From Lytechinus pictus (lineage: Eukaryota): a stretch of DNA of 64,000 nucleotides. A program made the translations under genes and the position numbers. The stretch spans positions 23,128,001 to 23,192,000 of the forward strand of contig NC_087245.1 in assembly GCF_037042905.1 (NCBI RefSeq), given 5' to 3'. A model generated the notes under the pieces. It was not told where the DNA came from, searched no databases, and was given only the letters and a program-made list of their open reading frames with translations. This document shows, one piece after another, positions 27,601 through 39,365 of this stretch. Positions within the stretch are counted from its first letter, which is position 1. Each line of letters starts with the position of its first letter.

Positions 27601-28392
27601 CTGAGCACCACCCCGACTGTGGCATCAGTTGTCAACCTCGGATCGAGAGGCGTCTGCGATCCAGTCCCGGAACCGTTCCTTCTAAAGAATACACCCAACC
27701 GGGTGACAGTTACCATCAGCAGGTACAGATGCGACGTCACCAACGGCCGCGGTGCTGTACTCGCCATTAACAGCACCAATGAGAGTGATTTCAGATACAT
27801 CTATGGTTCTTGCGTCAATGGGAACTATTGCGCAATCCGTAAGTCCTAGCATCATATATGACTATGAAGGATGTAAGCATGCAGGGTCATCGGAAGTCCC
27901 GGGAGGGGGGGGGGGTAAAAAGAAGTGTCAATTACCCCCCCCCCATTTCATTTATTTCATTCAAGATAAAAAGAGCCATGTATGACTATATAAATTATCT
28001 TGCTATTAAGGCATAGTGCAGTGACCTGGATCCGTCATCATTTATCTGTTATTATAATCTGTCGCCCTCCTCACCCCACCAACTAACTATAAAAAAGAAG
28101 TGAACACTTTCTTAAGGGGGGGGGGGGGCTGAAAACTGTACCTATAGATATATTCACCAAATTTGTGTACTGAACCCTTCGATCCCACTACCAAAGTTTA
28201 ACAGCGCCCTTATGTTAAGCTTGGTCGCTTCGTTAGAATATCTATACATGTGTTTCCTCATTAGATTATTAGATGGATTACTGAATAATGGAAAGAATAT
28301 AATTTCACATTGTCATTTTGAAGATGTAATAAATCCCTCTCTCCCCTCGCCCTTCTCTCTCTGATCATTCCCCTATAGATTGCTTGGACTAA
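393..28392 (+). CDS. Multi-exon gene (5' part outside window): Ser/Gly/Asp/Asn-rich heptad-repeat protein with poly-Pro linker and C-terminal 6-Cys domain, probably secreted; 33 predicted exons, ~366 aa in window
   Basis: All internal exons are bounded by AG and GT(A/T/G)AGT, have lengths divisible by 3 and are phase 1-1. They splice into one stop-free frame: (G/V)SDSG(N/K)S x24, GEDSSNS, GDDSNPSADGGDD, GSDGSNS, GDDSNASVDGDDD, GPDADAGDSDV, AVANPPPPP, PPGPVECATG...YQM, RLSTTP...NYCAI, HCLD*. Manual prediction without transcript support. Confidence 0.8.
17242..17280 (+). CDS. 39-nt exon, GDDSNPSADGGDD
   Basis: ttgatttatatAG|GTGATGATAGC...GACGATG|GTTAGT; phase 1-1; paralogous to 19700-19738. 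Confidence 0.72.
17815..18094. mobile_element. MITE with TA target-site duplication (Tc1/mariner-type signature)
   Basis: TA|CACTGTTAGAAAAA...TTTTTTTAACAGTG|TA; the paralogous duplicate has the empty site, a single TA at 20269-20270. Confidence 0.88.
18701..18721 (+). CDS. 21-nt microexon, GSDGSNS (diverged heptad copy)
   Basis: gtttttatAG|GTAGTGACGGCAGTAACAGCG|GTAAGT; flanks homologous to the array unit. Confidence 0.78.
19700..19738 (+). CDS. 39-nt exon, GDDSNASVDGDDD
   Basis: ttgatttgtatAG|GTGATGACAGC...GACGATG|GTTAGT; frame and splice sites conserved with 17242-17280. Confidence 0.72.
20762..21410 (+). mobile_element. Non-autonomous Tsp/Helentron(DINE-1)-like element with internal tandem repeats
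   Basis: Subterminal inverted motif GTCTCGC...GCGAGAC, a (GTCC)n microsatellite near 20810, about three 130-155 bp repeats (caaccgtaa...ggtcaaaggtca), 3' GGGTGAGACAC motif and T-rich flanks. Family assignment is by architecture only. Confidence 0.65.
21500..21834 (+). mobile_element. Probable 3' UTR fragment of a non-LTR retroelement
   Basis: Pyrimidine-rich tract, then AATAAA at 21811 and a short repeated tail (cttcaaac)x2; the 5' boundary is uncertain. Confidence 0.35.
21841..21873 (+). CDS. 33-nt exon, GPDADAGDSDV
   Basis: cctatAG|GCCCTGACGCTGACGCTGGTGACAGTGACGTTG|GTGAGT; phase 1-1 with acidic composition like neighbouring exons; weak polypyrimidine tract. Confidence 0.65.
21938..22222 (-). 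mobile_element. tRNA-derived SINE
   Basis: Minus strand begins GGAGCGTTGTGGCCCAGTGG (A box), contains GGTTCGAATCCC (B box) and ends ...GGCGCTATATAAATGCCTATCATTATTATT, an L2-like tail. Confidence 0.85.
22651..22677 (+). CDS. 27-nt poly-proline linker exon, AVANPPPPP (NAGNAG acceptor)
   Basis: ctttttttttcAG|CAGTTGCTAATCCACCACCTCCTCCTC|GTAAGT; strong splice sites; phase 1-1. Confidence 0.78.
22689..23228. mobile_element. ~540-bp TTAA-flanked MITE (Kolobok-like), family A, degenerate
   Basis: TTAA-AGATCAACTCTACCC...GGATGGACGTGTCCT-TTAA; internal similarity to the copies at 40677, 51354 and 58658. Confidence 0.8.
23385..24115 (+). mobile_element. Degraded Penelope-like element: GIY-YIG endonuclease remnant with inverted duplication of its 3' end
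   Basis: From 23687 the + strand reads GVVY*LLYHDCNKVYIGETARKFG, and later WIGEAIHIQKKHSMNRDAGQYKLS. 23385-23615 is a diverged reverse complement of ~23845-24115. Confidence 0.8.
24427..24588 (+). CDS. 162-nt exon, first half of C-terminal domain (PPGPVECATGPQFIGAIDPVNGITISFTIVTDADVFIVAFSPKYTYSGPEVYQM)
   Basis: gtaaacAG|CTCCTGGC...CAGATGA|GTAAGT; open in phase 1; GC-richer than flanks; missed by the ORF track. Confidence 0.8.
24594..24640. repeat. (TA)n microsatellite
   Basis: Directly visible just after the donor site. Confidence 0.95.
25496..27108. mobile_element. 1.6-kb non-autonomous DNA transposon with 8-bp TSD (hAT-like)
   Basis: GGATAAAA|CAGGCGCGTAGCCAGG...CCTGGCTACGCGGTTG|GGATAAAA. 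Confidence 0.88.
26197..26350. mobile_element. Small MITE nested in the 25496-27108 element
   Basis: ACACT|CAGGGGCCGCGGAA...TTCTGCGGCTCCTG|ACACT (apparent 5-bp duplication). Confidence 0.75.
27599..27838 (+). CDS. 240-nt exon, second half of C-terminal domain (RLSTTPTVASVVNLGSRGVCDPVPEPFLLKNTPNRVTVTISRYRCDVTNGRGAVLAINSTNESDFRYIYGSCVNGNYCAI)
   Basis: tttgtttgttgttcttAG|GGCTGAGC...GCAATCC|GTAAGT; lies in ORF 27586-27849; phase 1-1; contains NST and NES sequons. Confidence 0.85.
28379..28392 (+). CDS. Putative terminal coding exon, HCLD-stop
   Basis: Long pyrimidine tract with a CTGAT branch-like motif and ccctatAG|ATTGCTTGGACTAA; supplies the sixth Cys; ATTAAA near 28608 is a possible poly(A) signal. 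Confidence 0.6.
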
Positions 28393-29474
28393 GAAGTACC
28401 ATGGACTAACAAGTACCATACATCAGCCTGAGCATGCCTGCTCGAGCATACTGAATTAATGAACAGAACTTTATTCTACACAGTAATCATTCTACAATTA
28501 ATCCTCCTCGCTCTCCACATGTGAATATGAAATACTTTAGCCCCCCCCCCACACACACACACCATCAACAATACTAAAATTACAGCAGTAACCTTTTCCA
28601 TCGATAAATTAAATACATTATAATGATATGATCAATCATACCTCTACTTATGTCAACTTAACTTTTGAATCATACAATGTCATTAATTTATTTAACTGAT
28701 GATATAAAAGGCAAGCAGTATGAAGTGGATCGTAATGAAAATAATGATTGATTCAGAGCACACGTGACCACACTTTAGTTTGAATAAGAGATTTCATGGG
28801 TTACAAGTGGTCATTATTGTCTTGATAAGCATAATCAAGTGTGATTTATCGAAATAACGAGATTCTGCATAATTATTTTGTACAACGAAAAAAAAAGTTA
28901 AATAATTCATTATTCTATCACTCAGAAAAGGTCCAAACACCATCGACTGTTGACTCGGGCGTGCTTTATCATGCACTTTTGTGTGAAATCATTTCTAATA
29001 GGATATCCTCTAAATTCATAGTGATCATTAGCCCAGCATTGAAACGATCATCAAACGATCGAGTAGATCAGTTTAATCTATCAGAGTAAATTGCACAGTT
29101 CATTTGTTTATTAATTCTTGCCAAATAATGACTCGAATTTCACAACATTATGAAATCAATTATGCTAACTGTTTTAGTCGCCAAACGTGCAACATCATGA
29201 GGATTAATTAAAATACTGTGTAGAAATAAGTGTTTGTCAATGTATTCTTGCATGAGATTTTGTGAAGAAAAGAAATAGCGTGTGGTGTGTTTTGCATATG
29301 ATTTGTTGAAATGTATTTTGACGCAGGAGATAGGGAAGAGGGAGAAGGAGACAGATGTAGGGAGATTAGAGGGAGGGGAGGGAGAGAGTGACAGAGAGAG
29401 AGAGGGGGGTTGGAGATACTTGAATCAACACGTGACATAGTGCGTTCACACTGATACTCACATAGTGTACAATG

Positions 29475-30092
29475 TTAAAGGGATGCTCCGGGCTGAAAAT
29501 ATTTATATCTAAATGAATAGAGTAAAATTCACAAAGCAAAATGCTGAAAATTTCATCAAAATCTGATAACAAAAGGTGAAGTTAGGGAATTATAAAGTTA
29601 AGCAATATGTTGTGAAAACAGTTATATGCCCATCATCATGAATATTCATTAGATGGACTATTGATGTCACATCCCCACTTTCCCTTTTCTTATGTTATCA
29701 CATGAAATCATGATTGTTTCACTTTTTCATACATGTGTGAATGATACACTGTATGTCTCCCTTATAATGAAATGAGTCGCAGCTATTAATATCTGATGCA
29801 CTTAATCAGTTGTTATTCCAATATTTTTGGTTCTTGAATGAAAAAATTGAATAAACCTAATTTCATATAATAAAATACAAAAGAACAAGTGGAGATATGA
29901 CATCATCAGTTTGCACAATGAATATTCATGGAGACATGCCTAGAACTGTTTCACCGGAATAATGCAAATCTTTAAAATGCCATAACTTTGTTATGCAATG
30001 TCAGATTTTGATTAAATTTTCAGTGTTTTGTTTGTCTGATTTTTCTTAATCTGTTCAAATCGTACTATTTTCGGTCTGGAGTACCCCTTTAT
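29475..30092. mobile_element. ~615-bp TTAA-type MITE (Kolobok-like), family B
   Basis: TTAA-AGGGATGCTCCGGGCTGAA...TTCGGTCTGGAGTACCCCT-TTAT; an inverted copy lies at 37155-37685. Confidence 0.8.
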
Positions 30093-31444
30093 TTAAGTAA
30101 AATATCCAAATATATTGAAGAGTCATGATGAATGATTCGTTCTGGGAGAAGCCAAATAATAACTTATATGCGTTCTAGCTTCAAATGATTATATTAAATT
30201 GTAAGAGACGTAATAGCTTACCTTTGAAAAAAAAACACCGACCTGTTCATTCTACAAAATCACCGGTGCCTCTATGTAGAAGAATATCCCCACTGTAATA
30301 TCGCCATCTACGGCATACGACAACATTCAACTCCACAGATCGTCAAAGCATGGAAAGTTTTAGTCCCGGTTTCAGCTTTCGAGTTGCAAATATCTTATTC
30401 TTTTCTATATTATACAAAACAGGCAAAACAATATATTTTATGTAACTGGTATTAATGGTGCTTACTCGGTCATTGAGGCGGATAAAGGTATCATTTTGTG
30501 TTATAATTCGTTGAAAGTAATTAAATTCCAAGGTATAAAGTGAGAAACGAAGAGCACCCCGTGGAATACAACAAAATACGATTTTGAATGAAAATATGTA
30601 CGCCAAGGGTTGACATTTCTCTGTATGCTTTGAGCTATCATCACGGCGTTTCCGAGCAAGAGGTTGACACGTTTTGATAGGACCCCCCCCCCCCCCCCCT
30701 CCTCCTCCAACACTTGGTGCCGCCAGTGATTTTAACGGTGTTTAAATTTATAATCATCTAATCGTTATATTCCATTATTATTTTGAATATCACTTTCCCC
30801 GGACATGTTTCTTAACGCCAAATGAATGGAGAAGACTCTCAGATACGCTCCATCAACCTTGTTCAATTTTTCATTGTTCGTTTAGATCAAATTGGAAATA
30901 CCTATCTGCATCACTTGAGATTAAATTAAATTAAATTCATTTCAGTTCAATTCAATTATTATCGTGTAATCGTTAAAAAACACTAAAATTGTCCTCGGGC
31001 TTTTGATACATAAAACATAGTGCAAAGTTTGGGAAAATTTAAAAAACAGAGATAATGATACACAAATAAAGATACCCCTCCCAGTGACAACTTGTGTTCC
31101 GTAAGTGTCATTCTTTCGAACTAAGGTTTCAAGTTTTTATTATTTAAGCGCCCCTTTTAGTCATTTAGCTGGGTAAACATAACGCCTTTTCATAACAAAA
31201 CTCTTCAATCTTTTAAAGAGCTACTGATTTTGATGAGGGACTGTCCATTACGTAATAAGACTTCCCGTTTAACATTTTCGAGAGATGGGGGTTAACAATA
31301 TTTTAAGAGACAAATTTGTCTGTAATCTGTTTGCAATCGCACTTGAAGTGTAACAGTTTTTTATCGTGAGAAAACAAGAAATATAAATCACACTAACCCT
31401 TTCCGGGGGGCGGCACCAAAGTATTACGATGGGGGAAGGGGAGA

Positions 31445-31863
31445 CGGTTAATTTCCAATTAGTCTAATGCCAATTCGTCCAATTGCCAACTCGTCTTCTA
31501 TCATTTGGTCGACCGTCAGTTCGTCCATTTACCACGTGGTCTACTTTCATTTAGCTAATGCCATTCCGCCTAATAACCAGTTGGTCCAACGGCCATTTAG
31601 TCCATATACCATTTGGTCTAATTGGACTAAGTGTTAAATTGTGCAAAATGAATGAAAATGAAATGGATATTAGACCAAATGCTTATGAGACGAAATGGTC
31701 ATCGACAAAATGGTGATTAGACGAAGTGATGATTGGACCAAATGGTTAATGGGCCAAATGGTTGTTAGACGAAATGTTGATGGACGGAATGGCGTTAGAC
31801 TAAATGAAATTATCCCATGTGTTGAGCGGACGAGTTGGCAGTAGACGAATTGGCAATTTACCG
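31445..31863. mobile_element. Foldback-like MITE made of short subterminal repeats, 6-bp TSD
   Basis: GGGAGA|CGGTTAATTTCCAATT...AATTGGCAATTTACCG|GGGAGA; left arm (catttggtc/ttcgtcc) units mirror right arm (gaccaaatg/gacgaaatg) units. Confidence 0.8.
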
Positions 31864-32904
31864 GGGAGACGAGCTTTCTATTTTCAGTTGGATTGTAGGG
31901 TAATTACACAACCTATATCTCTCCTTTCTTCTCGCTTTCCTTTTCTTATACGTACTATTTTTTTTCTCCTTCTTTTTTCTTATGTTTATCGTTGGAAAAT
32001 TCACTCTGAATGCGTGTAAATATTTATCAAAATACAATGCAGTATAACGTACTATCTGAGCGGCCTGCAGATCCACACTTTAAACTTTCTGCTCGGATTT
32101 GAATACCCTATCCAATTGGGAAATCAATTGAGATTTTAATGAAAATACTGAAAAGTTTCTTGTAAAAATGACGGAATTTATGTTTCAAAAACTTTTTAAT
32201 GAAATGATGGAAGACCTCATTCGTTGAGACAAAAATCGAACATTCTATGTCATTTTATTAGAAATCTGATTAAGTGCCACGAGCCCCGAACGGTGTATCA
32301 AATTTAAGTAGCCTATTTTTTCAATTCAATTTAATTCAACATTTATTTTCTTCCGATTGACAATTCTTCCATTTTCATGTAGAATATACAATGATGATGA
32401 TGATGGGTTCTTGTAAAGCGCCGCGGCGCGCCGGTATCCGCCTCAGCTGGGCGCTCATGGCGCTTGCTCAAAAATAGGAAATATCTCACAAATTTCAATG
32501 TCTTCAAACAGTGCTTATGATCATCATTCAGTTCAAATCAATAATATCATGAATATAGTACACAAACAATGAATATAAATGCATTATGCAAATTATGTAT
32601 AATTATTGAAGAAGGCTTAAAAAAACCCAGAAAGCACAGATAGAGAACACTAAACGCAGGATGAGTTCATTCAGGGTATTAACAATAGGGCCTACTGCGA
32701 AAATTATTTAAAAATATATACTAAAATATTTCATTCATCAAGCAAATATAAAAAACACACACAAGATATGAGACTGTCTCTACGTCACCAAGGATACCAG
32801 GTAAAATTTTACTGAAATATGATAGGAAAATTTCAAAAAATGAAAAGACAATACACCCGATCATAATCATACAGTAATACCCCTTCTCTTATTGTATAGG
32901 GGCT

Positions 32905-34382
32905 CACTGGCGTAAATCCCGGGGGGGGGGGTGGGGGGATATATCCCCCCCCCCACTTTTCGAGGAGGGGGAGATGGCCTGTACAAACATCCCCCCCCCC
33001 CACTTTTTACGAAAGAAATGAAAAAAAATCACAAGAGATAATTGTGTTATTGGTGAAAATTCTTCCTAAAATACCGCTTAACAAATAAAACAATATTATT
33101 GAATCATAAAATGCAAATAAAGAGCCATTTCACCATTTCCAAACGAAATACTTATGTCCTTATTATAACATTGAAGAGAAACCCCTGTTTCTTCCAAAGG
33201 TCTTTGGGAAGGGATTAAGATGGAATGTCAATTTTTTTTTAATGTAATCTATAATAAAACCATTAAACCATCATGATCATGGGGTAAAAATAGATAATAA
33301 TATTGGAGGGGTATTTGCCATATGGACATACAGTGGCGTAACTACGGGGGGCATGGGGGCACATCCCCCCCCCCCATCGGCTGACACAAAAAAACGGGGA
33401 AAGGGGGGAAAGGAGAAAAAAGGGAGAAAGGAAGAGAAACGTAGTGGGAAAGAAGAAAATATTATTCATTATAATGTTATATTATATTATAATTATGTTA
33501 TGTTACATTACAACTTTATGAAACATAATTTGCCCAGGGCCTACGTCTTTTTTTATTGTTCCTGGTGCTCGCATTGTCTGTTTAACGAGATATATAATCC
33601 TGTTGTACTAAAACATCCCGTTTTCAAGTCAATATAAACCAAATATATTTCCTAGCACTTGAGTTATCATTGTTTTATGTAGTGACATATGCTTCTTTTT
33701 CATGGCTCAAAAGTGATTGCCCCATGTTAAGGTCTTCTTATATATGAAACATTTCCTGTCCGTGATTACGTTCGCATTAGTGGATTGGTGAGACATGTCT
33801 GCTCTTCATGAATTCCTAAAATCAGTCCTTAAAATGTCCCTTCTTCTGATCTGAATATCAAAAATTTTCAGCTCGCGCTTCGCGCTCGCATCATTTGGTT
33901 AATGAAATACGTATGGTCCTAGTTAATTCCTACAAAGAAACCTTAGAATGCCCCACTTCAGGTCTGAATTATCTAAGTTTTCAGCTTGCGCTTCGCGCTC
34001 GCATTGTTTAGCGAGAAAGGTACCTATCATGATTACACAAATTTGATTACATTGTCCCTTTTTAGGTGTGAATATAAAAATATTTCAGCTCGCGCTTCGC
34101 GCTCGCATTATTTGATCAGTGAGATACATATCCGTTTAATGACATTGTCCTTAAAATGTCTCTATTAGGTCAGTATAACTGGCAACTTAGCGCGCTTCGC
34201 GCACTCACTTAGTGATTCAAAAATTTTGCTGGTGCCCCCCTCCCCAATGCCGTGACCCACGGTACGCCACTGTGGACATATCAATGACAAATCCTTGCAT
34301 ATCTAAAAACATGATTGCAAAAAAATTCCAAAATATTTCAGTCATCCCCCCCCCCACCCATCAACACGGATTTACGCCAGTG
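32905..34382. mobile_element. Non-autonomous DNA transposon carrying a nested element
   Basis: TIRs CACTGGCGTAAATCC / GGATTTACGCCAGTG; flanks ATAGGGGC(T) and ATAGGGGC(A). Confidence 0.85.
33331..34272. mobile_element. hAT-like MITE with perfect 8-bp TSD, nested
   Basis: TGGACATA|CAGTGGCGTA...TACGCCACTG|TGGACATA; internal gctcgcgcttcgcgctcgca repeats. Confidence 0.88.
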
Positions 34383-34610
34383 ATAGGGGCAAATGTTACT
34401 CACTCCTCACAAAAATGACATCGCTACGAAAGAAGGAGAAAAATATTCTTCTAAAACATACAAAAAGGAAATAGGAAAGCCAGCTGATCACTGACGTTAC
34501 TTGAACATTGTTTATTTTTACCAAATGAATGCCCGGTTACTCCGTTGATTGTATTTTTTTTAAGTTTTGCATTTTGTCTGCGTGTCTGTTTGCATTTTCA
34601 TGATCTGAGT

Positions 34611-34746
34611 CAGTGGCGTAATGCGCCAAAAAATTCGAGGGGGCCAGCTATGGCGTTTACTCTTCTCTCTTTCCTTTTCTCATTTTGTGATTTTTTTTAG
34701 CGGGCACCTCCCCCCCCCCCCCCAGCTCCCCGTCCACACGCCACTG
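34611..34746. mobile_element. Small hAT-like MITE
   Basis: ATCTGAGT|CAGTGGCGT...ACGCCACTG|ATTTGAGT. Confidence 0.75.
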
Positions 34747-35606
34747 ATTTGAGTATCTCATCCCTCTATCTAGTACCAAATTAGTCATTGTATTTCAGTG
34801 ATACAAGATTGTATTTTACTCCACCCGGGACCCTGGCAAGCAGACGGTGTTCATACCATATACCTTTGTCTCTCTCCCTATTTCTTTACCCCTACCCCCT
34901 CCCTCCCCATGTACTCCCTCTCTCTATCTCCTCTTCCATATGTTTTCCCCACTCCTAAGCTCCTATTGCAGCGTTTGAAATCCTCGTAATCCATCACCAA
35001 TTGTGATTTCTATTTGATATCTTGCTTGTGATGGATGGCTTTATTTGCCCTGGATTGTCGGTCAATGACTTCCCCCTGTGATTAAAGATATGAATAACAT
35101 ATCTACCAAACGCATGATACATTGCACCCGTCTGCAAAGTCTGCAAAACCAGGAAGCTCCTTGGCAAAACTCAGATCATACGAAAAGTCGTATAACATGT
35201 ATAAGTTGATCCTGTAACCGCAGTGCACAATAATCAAAGATCGAGTGAAAGACAACTCGAGTGACTCAAAATCATATGATGACAGGGACATGACCAAAAT
35301 AAAAAAGACAATGAATGTAAGAGATCATTCAAATTAAAATATGATTTTAAGAGTACACCTCCCTTCAGGCATGCTACATGTACTTATTCAAACAATTACG
35401 TTGGAATGTGAATTCGGCAGGATGAATTTTATACTATATTATTATTGTTATTATTGTTATTATTGGATCACTTGACAAACGGAACGGACACTGCTATTAA
35501 TTGGATATGTTTTTATGTAATCTGCAAAGAGAAAAATCCAGAAAATCCAGTTTAAACAATCACTTATGGAAAATGTTTACTCATTAAATGATTCATAGCA
35601 TTCTAT

Positions 35607-35771
35607 GGCCTGTATTCTGAACTTGGGTTTGATTTAAACTCTGCTTTAAAGTTTTGGTTTAATTACGGATAGCCAAATGTGACACAAATCTCTAACATTG
35701 CAAGTTCAATCTATCGGCTCGTAATAATTATTAGCAGAGACAGACTATGGCCAGACTTCAGAATACGGGCC
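35607..35771. mobile_element. Small MITE (PIF/Harbinger-like ends)
   Basis: GGCCTGTATTCTGAA...TTCAGAATACGGGCC inverted termini. Confidence 0.7.
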
Positions 35772-37154
35772 TAAGCATGCTAAGGGCATGAAGTGTTAAA
35801 GCCGAGTATAATGTATATTGAATTGTACAATGTTATATTAATCAACGATGTAAGACGTCAGAAGTTCATCAAAGATTGTACCAAAACAGGACGAAAACCT
35901 TTATTGTAGAGTAAATACATACATGCATATGATAAGAATACCTATCGCTTCTCATCAAACCTGAAGTTAAATCAGTTATCGTTTAAAATTGACCCGATTT
36001 TGATATCAGTGTCGAAAATAAAGTAATCGAAAATATTTCTCCAGAAATTCATCAACTTATCATTTTCTTTCAAACAATTTTTATATGCGTTTTTATGCTT
36101 CCTAGCTAAAATCATATAATAGCTCTTTTCATTTCATTCCTTAAGATGATAATTCTAATTCTTACATTCTTGAATAGGTATGGCCTTATTTATTCAACAA
36201 GAAACATACTTTTCAAATCAGCATGAATCGGACAATTATATTTTCTTGAAGCAAAACACTTCTTTATTCGCATGATCAACCAAATCAGTTCCATTTATGC
36301 ATGACCCTAAAACCAGAGGCGTCTTGTTTTCCACGCCATATTTTATTTGTCGTGAAATCATTTCCTAGACTTAATTTAAACATTGTTGCCCAAGTTTGAG
36401 GTAAAAGATGTACATAAAATTGGATAAAAAGATATTATGTATATAATTATATCTTGGACCCACCTTTAATGTCACTATCTGAAAGAGGCGACCAGGGCTC
36501 GAACCTCGAAATCAATTTGTAAATTCCATGTAACGCCCAGTTTATATCATAAACACTGCCCTCTAGCTCTATACGAGTACCATATTGCGGTCAATTCAAA
36601 ATCAAAATGAACTTGCTACATATGATGACATGACACAAAGTTTTGCACACATATTTCAACATTGACATAACTGCACCATTTGATACTTCAAAATATGAAT
36701 AATGAATATATATGATTTAAACTCACTCTCTTGGCGGTGCAATCACTCGATGTTGGGATGCATTTTGAGGACATGGATTCTGTGTACGTGTCAGAGCGGG
36801 GTTTCAAAACAACATTTCTGGCTTTCTTTTATGCACAATGTCAATGAGATCTATATATCTGGCCGCTGCATTTGGACAAGTGATATGGTGTCGTCAAAAA
36901 TTCCAAATGAACTTTGAAATAAAAATCTAAAATCAAATTACATGTACAGAAATTTCTGTACTTCTATGAATCAACTAACATGTCCTTGTATTCGGGAATG
37001 AATTATTCACTTCGAAATTCATTTTCTTTCCCCTGCCATAAGCTTATCACAAATATTTCATGATGAGTATGCCATTTCTTTGCCGGTCGATATTATATCG
37101 GGTACTGTTGGGTTCAAGAGTAATAACTTGGCTATTATTAGACCAACACTACAG

Positions 37155-37685
37155 ACATCAAATTTGATCACAATCTGATAACAAATAACAAAGTTATTTA
37201 TTTTAAAAATTTGTATTATTACGGTGAAATAGTTCTAGGCATGCCTTTATGAATATTCATTAGGTGGGCTGATGATGTCATATTCCCACTTGTTCTTTTG
37301 TATTTTATTGGGTTTATTCAAAAATTTCCTACCAAGAACTAAAACAATTGGATTGACAACTGATTATGTGCATTAATTATTTACTGCCGCAACTTATTTC
37401 ATCATAATGGAGACACATCATTTACACATGTATGAAAAATGAAACATTTATGATTTTATCTAATAACATAAGAAAAAAGAAAGTGGGGATGTGACATCAT
37501 CAGCCCACCTAATGAATATTCATGACGATGTGCATATAACTTTTTCACAAAATATTGGTAAACTTTAAACTTCAATATCTTCATTATTTGTTATCCGATT
37601 TTGATGAAATTTTCAGCATTTTGCTTAATGAATTTTACTCTATTTATTTAGATATGAATATTTTCAGCCCGGACCATCCCTTTAA
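37155..37685. mobile_element. Truncated TTAA-type MITE, family B
   Basis: Ends TTCAGCCCGGACCATCCCT-TTAA; reverse complement of 29475-30050. Confidence 0.75.
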
Positions 37686-38924
37686 TATATAATCTTGGCT
37701 GAATTTGTTGTTTTGTTGTTGTTTATTGGGTCTGCATGCTCAAAGTGTTCTCCTATATGTCAATTATGTTGTTGTTTATTTCACATTTTTCTTCCCCTCT
37801 TTTGGCCACTATCATTATTCTAAGTACCTCAAATCAAATTATTCATTGATATTAAATTACTAATTTAATATTAATGAATAATTTGATTTGAGGGGTCCAC
37901 GATTTACAAGCACAGCTTCACAGTGGACCTCTCCATTTCCAGCATGTTATTTTCAGCCACCGATATTTAATGATCCATAATAAGTTTCAATTGTATAATT
38001 AAGATGAATATATATATATATATTGCGTTACATGTTTCTGTATTATATTTCAATTGTTATAACTGTATTCATGATGGATTTTTTTTTCTACTATTTTGTT
38101 GGAAACGAGAAAAAATAAAATTAAACTGAATGTATTTTGTAAGGAGCGTATTATGCCATACGAATCATGCCAATGAAAACGTCCGACTCTGGCAAATGGC
38201 CAATGTTGGCGGGGCACATTCCACCCCAATACGCAAATGAGGACCGTTTTTTTTTTTTTTTTGCTTTTCAAATTATTGCTGATAGAAATCACCATTAACA
38301 GCAAGGAATGAAGCTTTTTTTGGGGGCTTACTAAATGAAATATGTCCCCTTTTGGAAAATCCTGGACCCGACCCTGTTGGTTTTGGGGTCGGTTTTAGCG
38401 GTGTTAAGGTAGGCATATAAGCACTTTTGTTTTGCTAAACACATCTGCTGAATGTTCCCCATGAAATTGACGAACTACAATGTACTAATAATCGTCCTGA
38501 TCATGCAGATCGCTTCTAGTCGTAAGCATGATTTTGGAAGGTCCGGCGGCTCTCCGTGTATTTGAGTGTTATTGTGGGCAAAGGCAGATATCTGTCATCA
38601 AAATAACATCCACGACACGTCGCATCGTCATCTCTGACATCAATTTCCTGAACAGTTCCGTAGATCAACACTTCTCTGACAGGGAAAGGGAGATAGAAAA
38701 ACAAATTAGATGGACGGAAAGCGAATTCAATGATAATGAGCATGAAGCCATGCGTCGGAATGAACGGTACATACTTAATAACGATCTGCACCCTAATTGT
38801 TGAAATAACAGCACCTTTTGGGGTGCTACCGTGCACCCAAAATGAAAAAAGTGAAAATATACACCCTTTTTTATTGTTGGCAGTTATTTGCAATCAATGT
38901 AAAATGTGTATGTTGCATACGGTT

Positions 38925-39365
38925 TGAAGGGCAAGCCCACCCCAACAAAATGTAGATTTGAATGAAAAGAGGAGAGAGAAAAAAAATCCATCTTGCATAA
39001 CGCTGAAAATTTCATCAAAATGGTATGTAAAATAGGAAGGTTATGATATCTTAAATTTTGCTGAATCTTTTAAAGTGGTTATTTATGCAGTGCATACCGA
39101 CCAGAATGTGCCTTTATGCACATCCTGGTCATGGCCTTGGGAGCTGAAAAGTGTGTGTGTGGGGGGGGGGGGGAGGGGGAGTATATCCCCCTCCTTTATT
39201 TGGAAATCCCCTTATTTTTGCATTTTGTATATAGACAATTTTGTTGACAAACCAGCACCCCTCTTTAAAAAATAGTTCCCATGCCCCTGATCCTGGTCGG
39301 TGGGCAAATGAGGGAAATATTGAAGTCATCCATTCTCTTTTTTCATTTTGATTTTATCGTATGAA
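38925..39365. mobile_element. Family A MITE fragment interrupted by a small 8-bp-TSD element (39130-39289)
   Basis: AGGGCAAGCCCACCCCAACAAAA terminus; insertion ATCCTGGT|CATGGCCTTGGGAGCT...AGTTCCCATGCCCCTG|ATCCTGGT. Confidence 0.7.

Noticed and set aside
38528..38803. 91-aa ORF in GC-richer unique sequence as a possible exon
   Set aside because: No convincing splice sites, partner exons or recognisable motif.
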